A stretch of DNA of 64,000 bases from assembly GCF_009914755.1 (NCBI RefSeq), contig NC_060942.1; one strand, 5' to 3'. The notes below the pieces were generated by a model. The model did not search any database. It was not told the DNA's origin and saw only the letters and a program-made list of their open reading frames with translations. The position numbers and the translations under genes were made by a program. The stretch comes from the human T2T-CHM13v2.0 reference genome, Homo sapiens. Positions 1 through 12,658 of this stretch are shown here, in pieces (within the stretch, counting starts at the first letter, position 1; the number at the start of each line of letters is the position of its first letter).

Positions 1-243
1 CAATGAAGACAGAGGCTGCAGTAATGCAAGTACCAGGCAAGGAATGCCTAGGATGGCCAGCAGCACCAGAAAGAGGGAGAAAGGCATAGACCAGACTCTC
101 CCCTTGAGCCATCAGAGAGTGCATGGCCCTGTAGACACCTTGACTTCAGGCTTCTGGCCTCTTGAACTGTGGAGAAGACACTCCTGGCCTATTACTACCC
201 AGCTCATGGTACTTTGTTACCGCAGCCCTAGGAAACCAGTGCA
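1..243 (+). mobile_element. MLT1 (MLT1C-like) MaLR LTR, 3' part
   Basis: Matches recalled MLT1 3' consensus: 'gacaccttgacttcaggcttctggcctcttgaactgt...gtactttgttaccgcagccctaggaaacc'. Cut by the window edge. Confidence 0.8.
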
Positions 244-705
244 GTGTCTATATATTACATTCTGAGTAATCAGTCATTGACAAAGATTCCTATTGTGATC
301 TCTGCTCATTCTTTTCTCTGTCATTTAAGCACAGTGATAATGCCTAAATGATGCATCATGCTGAAACTAAGAATAAAGTCTCAGATGTAATTTATGAATG
401 CTAGCATTATAAGTAGACAATTAATGTATTCATTGAGAATGATGGAGCAGAGAGATGAAAGAAAGAAAGCTATGATCAAAAAGGGAATATCAGAATTGGG
501 GATACAAATTTGATTTGGTTTTGAGGAATGATGAAGTTCAGATTATAACTGGGATGGATGGAAATAGACTAATTGACTTTGAGAAGGTAAAAGATACTGT
601 AGAAAAGGATTGTTAGAGTTAAACATGGAGAATGACTTCAAGAGATACGAGCCTTACTAAAATCAGGCATTGGATTAGAGCAGGATGGGTTTAAAGCAGA
701 AAGAC

Positions 706-827
706 GGCTGGGGCATAGTGGCTCATCCCTGCAATCTCAGCACTTTGGGAGGCCGAGTTAAGAGGATCACTTAAGCTCAGGTCTTTGAGATCAGCCTGGG
801 CGACATAGCAAGACCTCATCTCTACTA
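706..827 (+). mobile_element. Alu left monomer / FLAM (AluJ-age)
   Basis: 'ggctggggcatagtggctcatccctgcaatctcagcactttgggaggccgag...agacctcatctctacta'. No right arm follows. Confidence 0.9.
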
Positions 828-829
828 CG

Positions 830-874
830 AGGTTGGTGCAAAAGTAATTGCAGCTTTTGCCATTAAAAGTAATG
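830..874. mobile_element. MADE1 (Hsmar1-derived MITE), half element
   Basis: 'aggttggtgcaaaagtaattgcagcttttgccattaaaagtaatg' matches one Hsmar1/MADE1 terminal inverted repeat plus spacer. Confidence 0.88.
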
Positions 875-1403
875 CTGGTTTGTACCAGGTACCATTTAGA
901 CAAAATACTCTAAAGAGGACTCTAGAGAAAATACTCCATTTATTTCTTTTTAAATACTGTGAGAATAGTTTAATAAAACTTAAAAGTGTAATCTGTTAAT
1001 TTGATGTCAAAGACCCAGTTAGTATTTACTTTGACTCAAATAGATGATCTTCTAATATTCTGATGCATGTTTCATTGTCTGATTTATGCAGAGAATATAG
1101 AACCGGATCTTTTCATAATATTTTTGCTGTTGAAAAAAGTTTAGCATGTGAAGGATTCATTCTAGGAACTCAAAGTTTCCAAGAATTTGTCCATATCTGA
1201 CTGTCTCAGCAGCTACATATATTACCTGTGATTTCTTCTAGGTTTGTGGAACTGATTGACATTTGCCACTTGTCTGTATATTTATACCCTTTAAACCACC
1301 CACTGCCATACCTTGTTTCCTAAAAGAAGGGAAGAAAATCCTGCCAAATACACACTCTGTAACTCATTGTGTCTCTAATTTCAAATCTTCATGTTCTTTC
1401 TTA

Positions 1404-1450
1404 GCTCAGTGAGCTCACTTGGGTAGTGTAGAGAACAGAAGGCCCAGGTT
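1404..1450 (+). mobile_element. Degraded tRNA-Ile-like SINE head (MamSINE1-like)
   Basis: 'agctcacttgggtag...aggcccaggt' resembles tRNA-Ile(AAT) 'agctcagttggttag...acgccaaggt'. B box not preserved. Confidence 0.35.
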
Positions 1451-1539
1451 TACTTCTGTCTCTTTCAGAAATGCCCACAAAGATTTGTTTCAGGTGGGAG
1501 AGTTAACATAGGCTTTGCCCATTATATTCATTTTTTTAT

Positions 1540-1742
1540 TACAGTATAACAATTACCACAAACTTAGCAGCTGAAAATACCAATTTATGAGTTCACAGCT
1601 CTACAAGTCAGAAGTCCAGGATGGCATGACTGGCATTCACAAGGCAGAAATAAAGGTATTGGTGAGAGTAATTTCTCACCTGGAGGCTGTAAGAAACAAT
1701 CTCCTCCAAACTCATTGTTTGTATATGCAGAATTGAGTTCCT
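1540..1742 (-). mobile_element. MLT1 (E/F-like) MaLR LTR fragment
   Basis: 'taacaattaccacaaacttagcagctgaaa...tcacagctctacaagtcagaagtccagg' is the reverse complement of the MLT1 3' end. Confidence 0.7.
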
Positions 1743-2060
1743 GGCCTGGGCAGGGTGGCTCATGCCTGTAATCCCAGCACTTTGGGAGGACGAGATGGGC
1801 AGATCGCTTAAGCCCAGGAGTTTGAGATCAGCCTGGCAAACATGGCAAAAACCCACCTCTACTAAAAATACAAAAATTTGCTGGATGTGGTGGTGCATGC
1901 CTGTAGTCCCAGCTACTCCAGAGGCTGAAGCGGGAGGATCGCTGGAACCCGGGAGGCGGAGGTTGCTGGGAGCCGAGATCGCGCCACTGCCCTCCAGCCT
2001 GGGTGATACGGCGAGACACTATTACACACAATAAAATAAAATAAGATAGAAAAAATAAAA
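1743..2060 (+). mobile_element. Alu (AluJ-like), full length
   Basis: Two arms, 'actaaaaatacaaaa' linker, J-type 'ggaggatcgct' and an (AAAAT)-like tail. Confidence 0.95.
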
Positions 2061-2734
2061 CTGACCAGGCTTGGACTTAAAGAGGACAACCAGAAAAACG
2101 AAGCTTTACTAAGCTATTTATTCCTTATTATATGAAACCCTGCTAAAGGTAAATGCTGTGATTAAATACTCGCTCCCTTTCCCAATTTCTTAGCTTAACG
2201 TTAACATTGTAATTCATAAAGAGGACATTTAATATATTCTTTCATTGTAAATGCCTGTGGCATTTCACTAAGGATAACCAACTTTTCTAGCTGAAATTGT
2301 TAAATGCAGGTTGGGAATGGCCTGGTCATTGCTGCATTTTGCATGGCTGAAGTCTCATTTTGCATTTTTCTCTTTTGCTAGGATTATTTTATTTAGAACC
2401 TCCTTAAAAATCACCCCTTAGATTTCCCAAAAGAATATATGTTATAAGCAGCAAAACACTTTACCAACATGAATAATTCCTCTTTCTCTATAAATTGCGT
2501 ATTAAATTTATGGATTATCTGTGACCCAAATATCTTCCCCTAGGCTATCCTACTAGTTCTTACTGAGTGCCAGCTGGGAGGAGAGAAAAAAGGTACAGGG
2601 TAATGAACGGAGTCTACTTGAGGAGAATAGCCAACAAAGAGATTGATTGGGTATATTGCCTCTTTCTGCAAAACCAATTTTAGGTCCTCTTTCCGTGGTT
2701 GTGTGTGTGCATATGCTGGTATGCATAAATTGAG

Positions 2735-2976
2735 AGAAGCAATATAATGTTTAAAATCAAAAGCTCCAGACACAGACTGCCCTCTTGAGTCCTAGTTCCA
2801 TCACATCAAGGTCTTGATCTTGACATGTTGTTTAACCAGTCACTTCACTAGTTACCTCTTCTCTAAAGAACATGGTAGAAGGGCCTCCCTCATACCATTG
2901 CTTGGATAATTACATGTTTATAAATACATGATGTATAGCAAAATGACTGGTACATAGGAAAATGTTTCAATAAACA
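2735..2976 (+). mobile_element. MIR SINE
   Basis: Degenerate MIR layout ending 'tgactggtacataggaaaatgtttcaataaac'. Confidence 0.65.
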
Positions 2977-3159
2977 CCAACAAATATGTAAGTGTCCTCT
3001 CCTCCTTTTAGCTCAGGTAATCAAAAAATAATAATAATTGACTGTGTCTTATTTCCAACTAGTTAAATAAGAAATAAAATAAGAATAAACATTTTCTTTA
3101 CAGCCTTGTTACATTCATTCAATTCTTCATCTGGTGACAATTTTAGAACTGGTTGTAGG

Positions 3160-3176
3160 AAAAAAAAAAAAAAAAA
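3160..3176. repeat. poly(A) run
   Basis: A homopolymer of about 17 nt. Confidence 0.9.
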
Positions 3177-3807
3177 GCAGTCACCTATGAATCAATGCTA
3201 TCCAAATAATCTAAGTGACTGGGTGTGCAATTCCAACTTTGTCTGATCACACCACTTACCAATAACTGAATCTGTAGAAGCAGTATCTGTCAGGTAGAAG
3301 GGATAAAAATAGTACAAGAAATTCTCATTTACTTTCACATTGGAGGAGTAGTTCTCACAAGACACTTGAAGAAAAAACATGACCAGTTTTGTATTGCCAG
3401 TGGAGGAAACTCTCTGTGGTATCCTTGGAAGAGGTTCACGTTTGGATGTGTGTGCCACCTGTCCTTGGTTTCAGAACTGTGAATGTCCAAACTTCAAATG
3501 ATTTTCTCCTTTATTACCAGAACTTTAACTTCTGTGCTGTGAATGTCCCATACCAAGGCTGAGCCAGCTGCATTCTCATATGGAAAAGCATACTCAACAG
3601 AGAGATGACTTCTTTCAGCTTTTAATCAAACCACCTATGGGAATTTGGAGGAATTTTTATGTTTAAATTCTTACTCATACAAGTATAAATCTAAAACCCT
3701 CTTTAAATCTTTGCTTACAAAACTTGGAGGCTTTCACACTGTTTAACTTAATTCTACTTTATGTTGTAAATTTTACCATTTATTTTATATGAGAGTATGT
3801 TCTAGAG

Positions 3808-4021
3808 CTGTGCTGTCTTATACTCTAGATACTAGTCATGTGTGGCTACTTATATTTAAATATAAATCAATTAATTATAATAAAATACAATTCCAAATTC
3901 AGTTTCTTAGTCATGGTAACCATATTGCAAGTACTTAACCACATGTGGATAATGGCTACCATATTGGACATCACAGATAGAACATTTCCATCACTGTAGA
4001 AAGTTCTACTAGCCCATGATG
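3808..4021. mobile_element. MER3 (hAT-Charlie) DNA transposon
   Basis: 'tagtcatgtgtggctact...catatttggacatcacagatagaacatttccatcactgtagaaagttcta'-type MER3 motifs, with 'ttctagag' near both ends (hAT-type 8-bp target). Confidence 0.8.
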
Positions 4022-4479
4022 AAATTCTAGAGCTTATGGACTTGAAATCAGGAACTGTATTTTATACTTCTTTTAAATATAATCCTACAACAAAGACACT
4101 TTTAAATATAATCCTATCACAAAAACAACATGTAATATTCATCAAGACATTTGTTGGTTGAATGATATCTTGCAGAATTTCTCCTTTTCACCGGATCTTG
4201 CTCAACTTCCACAAAACCAAACCTCAGTGTGGCCCATTACCTGAAGTTTTGGTCATTACTATCCTTCCAAAGAATTATCTCTATGCTCTTTTCCTAGATA
4301 AACTCTGGCTTTGTCCCATAGATCCCACAGATCTCCCTGTAATCCTTTTTTAGCCACCACCTCCTCCTCTTTCTTTTCTTTGCATTCTTCAGGTTCCTCA
4401 CTGAATACAGTGCTTGTTTTAGGGTTGAGAACAATTAGAATGAACTCTAGGTGTTTCATATGAGGTGCTTTTCCTGCAA

Positions 4480-5037
<558 letters not shown>

Positions 5038-5559
5038 CTCTCTCTGTTCACTCATCTCTTGGAGACAATTTCAAAATCTCTCTCTTTACTCCAACTACTA
5101 CTATAATTATAGGAGATTTTAGGAAATAGTGGCTGGAACTTTCTATTCTTTAAAAGTTGTCTAATAACCTCAGAAATGGTAAATATTAAAAGTTCATTGT
5201 ATTAACACAACCACCCTAATATTCCAGGGCTCTGTACAATATTTGACATCAGAGTGATTTTTCCACCTAGTGACTATCAATATCTCCAAGCCGTATCTTT
5301 GTCTCTCCTTTGGTTTATCCATGAACATTCATGATTCTATTTTTTTAATGATACAAACTATATTTTTTCAATTGTCTTGGCAACCACTTTTCACTGAATA
5401 GTCTAGTTAAATCATAACTTTTGAGAAATGAAATAATTCCCTTTCTCTACTCTGATAGTTCAGGCCCTTTGTGGTTGAATTCTGTTCAGCTAAAACACAT
5501 GACCCTACAGACAAGGGTCTTGCCTTAGATTGGTCCTCAGTTAAACCTTGAAAAGTTTT

Positions 5560-5920
5560 ACCTCTTATTTGCGCGAGCAACTATCTCAAATTTTTGCCCT
5601 GCTCTTCAAAACCCAAACTCAATCCCTACTCCCTTCATCCTCAGCAGATTATCTTTTTACTACTTCAGTAAGAATATTGGGGCCTTCAGCAATAATCCTG
5701 CTTCTTTCCCACCCCCTACGTTTAATTTAATTTCCATAAGATCATCTTTACCTTCATTATGTCATGACCAGAGTGTGAGCTGTGTCTTCCTATTTAAACC
5801 CACCTCCAACTTTCTCCACAATAATACTCTATTATTCATCCCCTCTCTCATATATATTTAACTTCTTCCTTTCCACTCAGTATTCCCCCTCAGGCTGTAC
5901 ACATGGTTGGTCCTTTGCCT
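5560..5920 (+). mobile_element. L2 fragment
   Basis: 'tcagcagattatctttttactacttcagtaagaata' and C/T-rich L2 ORF2-like sequence. Confidence 0.55.
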
Positions 5921-5934
5921 GAAAAAAAAAGTTC

Positions 5935-6140
5935 ACAGTCAGGAATGAGGGATGAGATCGAAGAAGGAGATGGGGAGTCAGATCACTCAAGGCATTCTAT
6001 ATGATATTTGGGAGCTTATACTGTTTGGGGGGATGAAAACCACTGCAAGGATTCAAGCAGGGGTGGACATGGCCATATTTCACATTAGCATTCTAGATGA
6101 TTACTCTAGCTTTTCTGTGGGTGATGGATTGTAAAGGTGT
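5935..6140 (-). mobile_element. L2 fragment
   Basis: 'gagtcagatcactcaaggc...aaccactgcaaggattcaagcagggg...ttactctagct' is typical antisense L2. Confidence 0.65.
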
Positions 6141-6494
6141 AACTAGTATACCAAAAGCTTATTTTGCAATAGACTAGGTGTTGCTGAATGTTACTAGGTT
6201 TTCCTAAAAACCATTGCTTATGGACAAGCAAATATTCATCTTTGGCTTAAATAAGCTTTTAAGTCTCAATCTTTCATCAACTCAGCTTCTTTAGTCAGAA
6301 TATTCTTTATTTCCAAACAGTTGTAAGCAGGTGGCTCATTTAGCTTTCTATTTGTTCATCAGGTGATAAGTTCATGTTTATGTTCTGGTATAGTACCTGG
6401 GTGGTAAGAAGATGTTTCTGCACAAGTATCTGCTTCTCATTCCTGCCCCAGGAGTTCCAGTACACTGTCCAGTCTAGTGCTAAATCCTTATGGG

Positions 6495-6868
6495 GATGCT
6501 GTGAGACCCTAAGGATTCCTTGCTCATGTAGTCATTTAACTAAAGGTATGCTGTAGTTGCCTCCTTTCACCCCATGGTTGAGGGAGGCATTCCAGCCCTG
6601 GGTTTATGTGGATGGCTAAGCACAAGACATCCAATACTGGGAAGATGGGACTGACGAGAGTATGAGTCCCATATACTTAGAGCCTAGGGAAAAAGAGACT
6701 GCATCCGTGCAGGACCACACAGAAGCTGCGCTTGGGAAAGCAATGAACAACTGGAGGCTGCAGGAGGGAGGCCCTGTAGTATCAAGAGCATGAGGCGACC
6801 CTGGTTCCCATGGGAGGATGAGACTGGCTTGTTTGAATAACTCTATGGACTATCAGAAACAGAGGCCT
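6495..6868. mobile_element. Probable ERVL-class LTR fragment (MER54/MER74-like)
   Basis: 'ggttcccatgggaggatgagactggcttgtttgaataa' recalled from this LTR group. Family uncertain. Confidence 0.4.
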
Positions 6869-6883
6869 GCTATTCAGACTTTT

Positions 6884-7179
6884 TTGTTGTTGTTTATGAG
6901 ACGGAGTTTTGCTCTTTTGCCCAGGCTGCAGTGAAGTGGCACAATCTCGGCTCACTGCAACCTCTGCACCCCAGGTTCAAGCGATTCTCCTGCCTCAGCC
7001 TCCCGAGTAGCTAGGATTACAGGCATGCACCACCACACCCGGCTGATTTTTGTATTTTTAATAGAGACAGGGTTTTGCCATGTTGGCCAGGCTGGTCTCA
7101 ATCTCCTGACCTCAGGTGATCCACCTGCCTCAGCCTCCCAAAGTGCTGGGATTACATGTGTGAGCCACTGTGACCGGCC
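6884..7179 (-). mobile_element. AluS (Sq/Sx-like)
   Basis: Reverse Alu with TSD 'ta(t/c)tcagactttt' at 6871-6883 and 7180-7192. Confidence 0.97.
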
Positions 7180-7822
7180 TACTCAGACTTTTGTACAACT
7201 TTTCGTTACTAGCTTAAGTAGGACATCTCTGAACAAACATCAACCTGACACTCTATCCACTGTCGGTAACAAGAGAATAAATTCATTTAATAGTTACTTC
7301 TTAGATTATAAGTATTAGAATTAAGATTACTGTAATGCTACTTTTCAGGGATAAATTGAAATGTATTCATATAAATCTAAATTTATCCAGTGCGTATTTT
7401 TCCATAAGCATGATTCACTTTATCAGGAGCTATAAAATATTCTTTATAATTATATCATCTAAACTTTACAGAGTTTGTAATTTTGTTAAAGAAAGTCAAT
7501 TGTTTCCTCAGATATTTATGTGTGAGGCAGATTTTTGAATTTCCTACAATAATATCTGATATGGGATCTTTCTTCTTTTTATGTATCAATTTCAATATAT
7601 TTTCTTGAAGAAGCAATATTTTTGAGAGGCACATTTTTTCTTATAAAATACAGAGGAATGACAGATAATGCAGTTTGTGACTGGGATTTTCAGGTTTATC
7701 AATTCCAATTGCCTGTATTTGGGTTTCTGATAATATTGGATTGGTAAACTGACTGCATTACCTGCTGAGCATCTGGTTTAAAAAGTATACATGGAGAAGT
7801 ATGTGACATTAGCTGTACTCCC

Positions 7823-8297
7823 TGTTATTGGTTGAATTTTGTACCCCACAAAACATGTTGAAATCATAGTCCCTGCTAGCTGTGAATTTGACCTTACTTG
7901 GTTGAAATTCAGATGTAAGTTAAGATTAGATTATACTGGAGTAGGGTAGGTCCTTAATCCAACATGACCGGCATCCTTATAAGAAAAGCATAAAAGACAC
8001 AGACACACACACAATTGTACACACACATGCACACACACACAATGTCATGTGATAACAGAAGCAGGGATTGATGTGTCTACAAGCTGAGGGATGCTAAGGA
8101 TGATTGACAACACTAGGAGCCAAGTGAAAAACATGGAACCAATTCTCTCCTAGAGCCTTGAGAGAGAGCACGGCCTTGCCCACAGGCTCATTTTGGAATT
8201 CTAACCTCCAGAACTTCAAGAGAATAAATTTCTATTGCTTTAAGCCATCCAGTTTATAGTGCTTTGTTATGGCAGCCCCAGGAAAAAAACTGAGACA
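7823..8297 (+). mobile_element. MLT1B/C solo LTR with internal (CA)n
   Basis: TG start 'tgttattggttgaattttgtacccc', 'gagaataaatttctattgctttaagcca', end 'gttatggcagccccaggaaa...aca'. Confidence 0.88.
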
Positions 8298-8369
8298 CTC
8301 TCCTAAGAATTAAGTTATCTTACATATACAAGCTTCCACATAGACGTTCACAAAATTTTGGAACTTAAG

Positions 8370-8520
8370 TCTTGGAAATGATGCAGTTAGCTGAACTACT
8401 TTCACATAAGGAGATCCAGGGTTCTTACAGACTTTCCCAAAATATATGACCATTCAGTGTCAGGGTCCTAGCATAAGAACTCCAGTTTCCTGACTGCTTG
8501 CCAAATGCTCTTCCATCTCC
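8370..8520 (-). mobile_element. MIR fragment
   Basis: 'gactttcccaa...gaactccagtttcctgactgcttgccaaatgctctt' is the antisense MIR head. Confidence 0.55.
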
Positions 8521-9174
8521 CGTTCACATTAAGAGTTGACTGCATGTATTGCCCATCTACCTCCTTGAAAAGCACAGCATGGGCCTTAACAGAAACACAC
8601 CTGTAGGGGAGAGGTTCTAGTAGCCCTAGTGGAAATCCTCAGGGGATCTTTTCCAGGATTGAGAAACAACAGGAGGATTGCGAGTAGGCCTGAGAGGACA
8701 ACTGTCTTGAAGTTAAATATTGCCTTATAAGTCCTAAGTGGCTGGTTGAACAAATGAAAATGTGATTTATTTATGATGGAAGAGAAGCAAAAGGTTTGGA
8801 TGTTTACAGTGAGCTCACAATTAACACAATAAATTGGTCCTTAGTATTCAGAACAAATATGTTATTTGACCTGAATGCAAGCTCACTATCGAATGGTTGA
8901 CCTGTTGTTTCTTTCAGTTTTATGCTGTGTCTTCTGTGATACAATATCAATGTGCCATGCAAAGACAAAGAGTGTGCAGACTCATTTTGCATGGGGCTTT
9001 GCACGAGGATGGTAACGTCACAAGACAGATTTGGATGATGACAGCTAGGTACCAGATTGAGCAAGAGAAAAACAAATATCAAAGCCTAATGGTATATTTG
9101 ATTGTAAATATACCCATGAAACACACAATGTAGAAAAATAAGCAGTATAACCAGAAAGTCCTGATTAAGGTTAA

Positions 9175-9177
<3 letters not shown>

Positions 9178-9205
<28 letters not shown>
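9178..9205. repeat. (TG)n microsatellite
   Basis: About 14 perfect GT units. Confidence 0.97.
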
Positions 9206-9208
<3 letters not shown>

Positions 9209-9464
9209 TTCTCTGAAACAGATAAAAAGGTACTAGAAAATAATTTGTTTATCCTTAGAAGGCAAAGCCACTTAAATCGTGGCACATCGCTAGGAGGGAT
9301 GAGGGTGTGGTTGGGGGAGGTGGATGTGGGGTACTCTAGGGATATTCAAGGTAGCTACTTTTCTTCCAACACTAGAAGGTCTAAGTTTTTCAGGAAAAAG
9401 AGCGTGGTTGGATCTTTTAAAACTTTTAAAATCTGTATAAACTTTATATGTGTATATATATTGA

Positions 9465-9722
9465 TATATATAACTTTATATATGTATACACACACACACA
9501 CACATACATACATACATACATTTAAAAGCAAGCAGCTTCTGCTCCAATTTAGGTGTATATATTTTAGCCATTACATCAAATTCCTATAGATATATATATA
9601 TATATACATGCACACATATATATTTATATATAACTTTATATATATATGTATACATACATTTAAAAGCAAGTAGCTTCTGCTCCAATTTAGTTATTTATTT
9701 TTTAGCATTACATCCAATTCCT
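9465..9722. repeat. Tandem duplication with (TA)/(CA)/(TACA) microsatellites
   Basis: 'tacatacatttaaaagcaag(c/t)agcttctgctccaatttag...cattacatc(a/c)aattcct' occurs twice, about 138 bp apart. Confidence 0.9.
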
Positions 9723-9729
9723 TGTTTTA

Positions 9730-10130
9730 TAGCAATTACATTTATGTGGTAAAAATTTAGGAAGTCCCTCCTCTTTACCTGTCCCCCAGACAGATGGTTT
9801 GCTTGCTCTGAAGGCCACCACTGCTACAAACAATAGATCATGAATATCATTTATATACACATGGAATTGTAGCATATAATACATATTGCTCTGTGCATTA
9901 CTTTATTTATTTACTTATTTATTTTTGGCTGCCCATATATATTGGTGATGTTCCATACACCATAATTAGAGCTACCTGATCATTTTTAATGAAGATATGA
10001 TTTCCTATTGTATGGAGGACCTGTAATTTATGTAACCAGTCCTCTACTGTGCTTTTCAGTTATTTATAATCATTTGATGATAAATGAACCTGTAATAAAT
10101 GTTCGGAAAAGTAAATTCATGACTGGATTT
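9730..10130 (-). mobile_element. Old L1M (L1ME-like) 3' fragment
   Basis: 'agagctacctgatcatttttaat...tattgtatgga...gtaatttatgtaaccagtcctctactg' resembles the antisense L1ME 3' end. Confidence 0.55.
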
Positions 10131-10209
10131 CTTGTGTCCTTGTGTTTCAGGCATGTCTCTGGTAATTACTTAAAGCTGTACGTTTTCATTATTTAAAACA
10201 ATCACACAT

Positions 10210-10810
10210 TCTGACTGTTGGACCATACATTCTGATGAAAGGATGACACACTTAATAATAGTACATATAATAATATGTAGGAATTAATGTGTGCAATGGC
10301 AAAAACTAAAAGTAGAGCCCAGAAGAGGGGCTGGAAGTATGTGGAATGCTTGGAATACTAACTAGTGTGGTCATTGGCAACACCCTTGAGGTGGAGGTAT
10401 TTTAGCACAAGCTTGAATTTAATTGGGCAGTGCAGCACAGAGGGCATCTGGAAGAAGTTTTCAAGCAGTAGAACAACCTGAAACAAAGGTCCCAAGTTAA
10501 GAGAACACCTGGAATGTTTCAGAAATGGCTGGCCTAAGGGGAGCAAGTAAGCAAGGGGCAGAACAGCAGATGAGCACCAACAGCTATCAGGGTCACCTCA
10601 CGGAGGATCCTGTGAGCTACCAAGAAGTTGGGGGATATGATCTGAGCAAATGGGTGTGGAGGGTTCTGTACAAAAGAGTTACAGTAGTCGCACTTTTAAA
10701 GGGGACAGTCTGAGTGCCATGTCGATAGAGGCTTTCTAGGGAAAGAGCAGAAGCAGCGAGGCTTCTGCAGCCATCCAAGTCATCTAGCAGGGCAATGATG
10801 GCAGCGCAGA
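10210..10810 (-). mobile_element. L2 fragment
   Basis: 'ggcatctggaagaagttttcaagcagtagaacaacctgaaacaaaggtccc' is typical antisense L2a. Confidence 0.7.
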
Positions 10811-11669
10811 TGTCTAATATAGGTTCTACTTAACAGTGTTCTGACAGTCCCAGGAAGGATAAGAAAGCGAGGAAAAGGGAAAGGCATACATCTTTGAAAG
10901 AAACAGCAATGTTACCTATTCAGGAACACACCTTTCTATTATACATTGAAGCCCTTTCATTCAAAATGGACTGAGTTCATATGTGTTCTATGCACAGGGT
11001 AGTCAGATAGAAGGAGGGAGGGGGGCATAGAGAGAGAAAGAGAGTAAAAGAAAGACAAAGAAATATGACATATCCAAAAAAAAAACCCTGGATTTGCCTC
11101 CCAAGTTTGCAACGACCCTGCTTCTCCCTCTTTGTTGAGAATGCCACCATACTTCCAAATCCTTCTTATTACCATTGACTTTTCTCTTTCTCCCAAACAA
11201 AACATCCAATCCATTAACAAATCTTTTGACTCTAATTATTATTATTATTATTTCTCCAGAGCAGAGTCTGAGACAGATTTATTTGTGGGTTTCATCACAT
11301 GGAGACAAATTACTCCCCAGTCACTTTTCTGCTGAGTGTTGTTCTTGAATTTCTTATCTTCATGCTGGTGCGCATGTCAGCCAGCTTCCTCCCTCTCTTA
11401 TGGGAATGATAGCTGTCCACACTTCTCCCCTCCTAGTCTCCTCTTCTCCCTACTCTCCTTTTTCCAGTATTGGCATTTCCATGAAGGAAGAACAGTTTTA
11501 TTCCAACTTCAAGTTAATATGCTCATACTTAGTTTCACTTTCCTATCCTTTCAAAGTCATTTGCAACTTTCTTTTGAACTAAAAAATGTGTGTAAGTACA
11601 TATTTTTTGCAACTTTCTGACATCTGATCTGTGGCAACAGAAAGCTTTAAAGAATATCTAGTCCACTAT

Positions 11670-11980
11670 AGTCCTGAGAAGCACTCAAATGATTTTTCTG
11701 CATCTATTGAAATTCTTCAATCTCAATGTGAGAGTTTTTAATTTAAAAAAATGTCAGGATTGACTCCTTCTTATCAATATTTCTAAATTTAACTTTATTA
11801 TGGTAAGAGCTTGTGGTCTGGGTCATTGATTTTGGGGAATTTAAATGGAATCCTTTTTTGATCTAATAGGTATTGTATTCCTTCTTTAAGATTAAATGAG
11901 ACTGCCTTTGTGGGTCAAATATATAGTCAACTTTTGTGTTTCCTATGTGCTTGAAATTAAATTACATATGCTCTACATGT
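11670..11980 (-). mobile_element. Old L1M ORF2 fragment
   Basis: 'tttttctgcatctattgaaat' and 'tttgtgggtcaaatatatagtcaact...ctatgtgcttgaaa' are antisense L1 ORF2 motifs. Confidence 0.55.
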
Positions 11981-12249
11981 GATTATATAAATTGCTCTTC
12001 CTGAATCTAGAAAGCCACTCAAATGTGCTTTCCCTTTGCATCACTCACATCTGTAGAATCTTTGCTAATTCAGTGTCCATTTTAATTGTGTGATTGAAGG
12101 GTACTATAATATATTCTGAAATTTATGATTTACTTTTTATTAGACTATTTGCCATTTTCATACACCAGTAGTCTTCCTAGTCTCTAAATCTTCTTGACTT
12201 TTGAGTGCTGTCTTATGACAGACATTATTTGCCTTATTACCCTCCATTT

Positions 12250-12658
12250 TACTGTGAAATTTCAGATTTCAGAATCCTAAATTTTGCATGATGCTCCCCA
12301 TAGGAAAGCCAACATTTTCTAGTATCGATTGCATTAATCTATGACCATGTGACTAAGTTTTAGCCAGTGAGTTATAAGCAGAAGGAGCGAGTGAATTGTC
12401 TTGGAGATCTCCTAAAAAGAGATGGTCTGCTATTCTTCATCTGGTTACCTAGAATCATCATAGAATGACTGGAGTTCCAACCATTGTCTTGTATCAAAAC
12501 ACAAAACTGAGAAAGTTGAAACAGAAATTGAAGTTTTCTGGGTTTTAGATGTTATAGCAGCCCTGTTATATAAGATAGAAATAAATTTCTATCTCTTTTA
12601 AGATTACTCAACTTGGAAGCTTCCTGTTTTATAAAATAAAACCTATCCTAGTTAATAC
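12250..12658 (+). mobile_element. LTR33-like ERVL LTR
   Basis: 'gaccatgtgactaagttttagccagtgagttataagcagaag' matches the recalled LTR33 signature. Ends 'aacctatcctagttaatac'. Confidence 0.65.

Noticed and set aside
1404-1450. tRNA gene
   Set aside because: No B box, cloverleaf or full length. At most a decayed SINE head.
3198-3458. 86-aa minus-strand ORF as a gene
   Set aside because: Non-ATG start and no recognisable domain. It reads through a polypyrimidine tract. Only the splice signals inside it were kept.
4070-4116. 29-bp-period duplication 'cttttaaatataatccta'
   Set aside because: Real but an ordinary slippage duplication within an L2-like tail.
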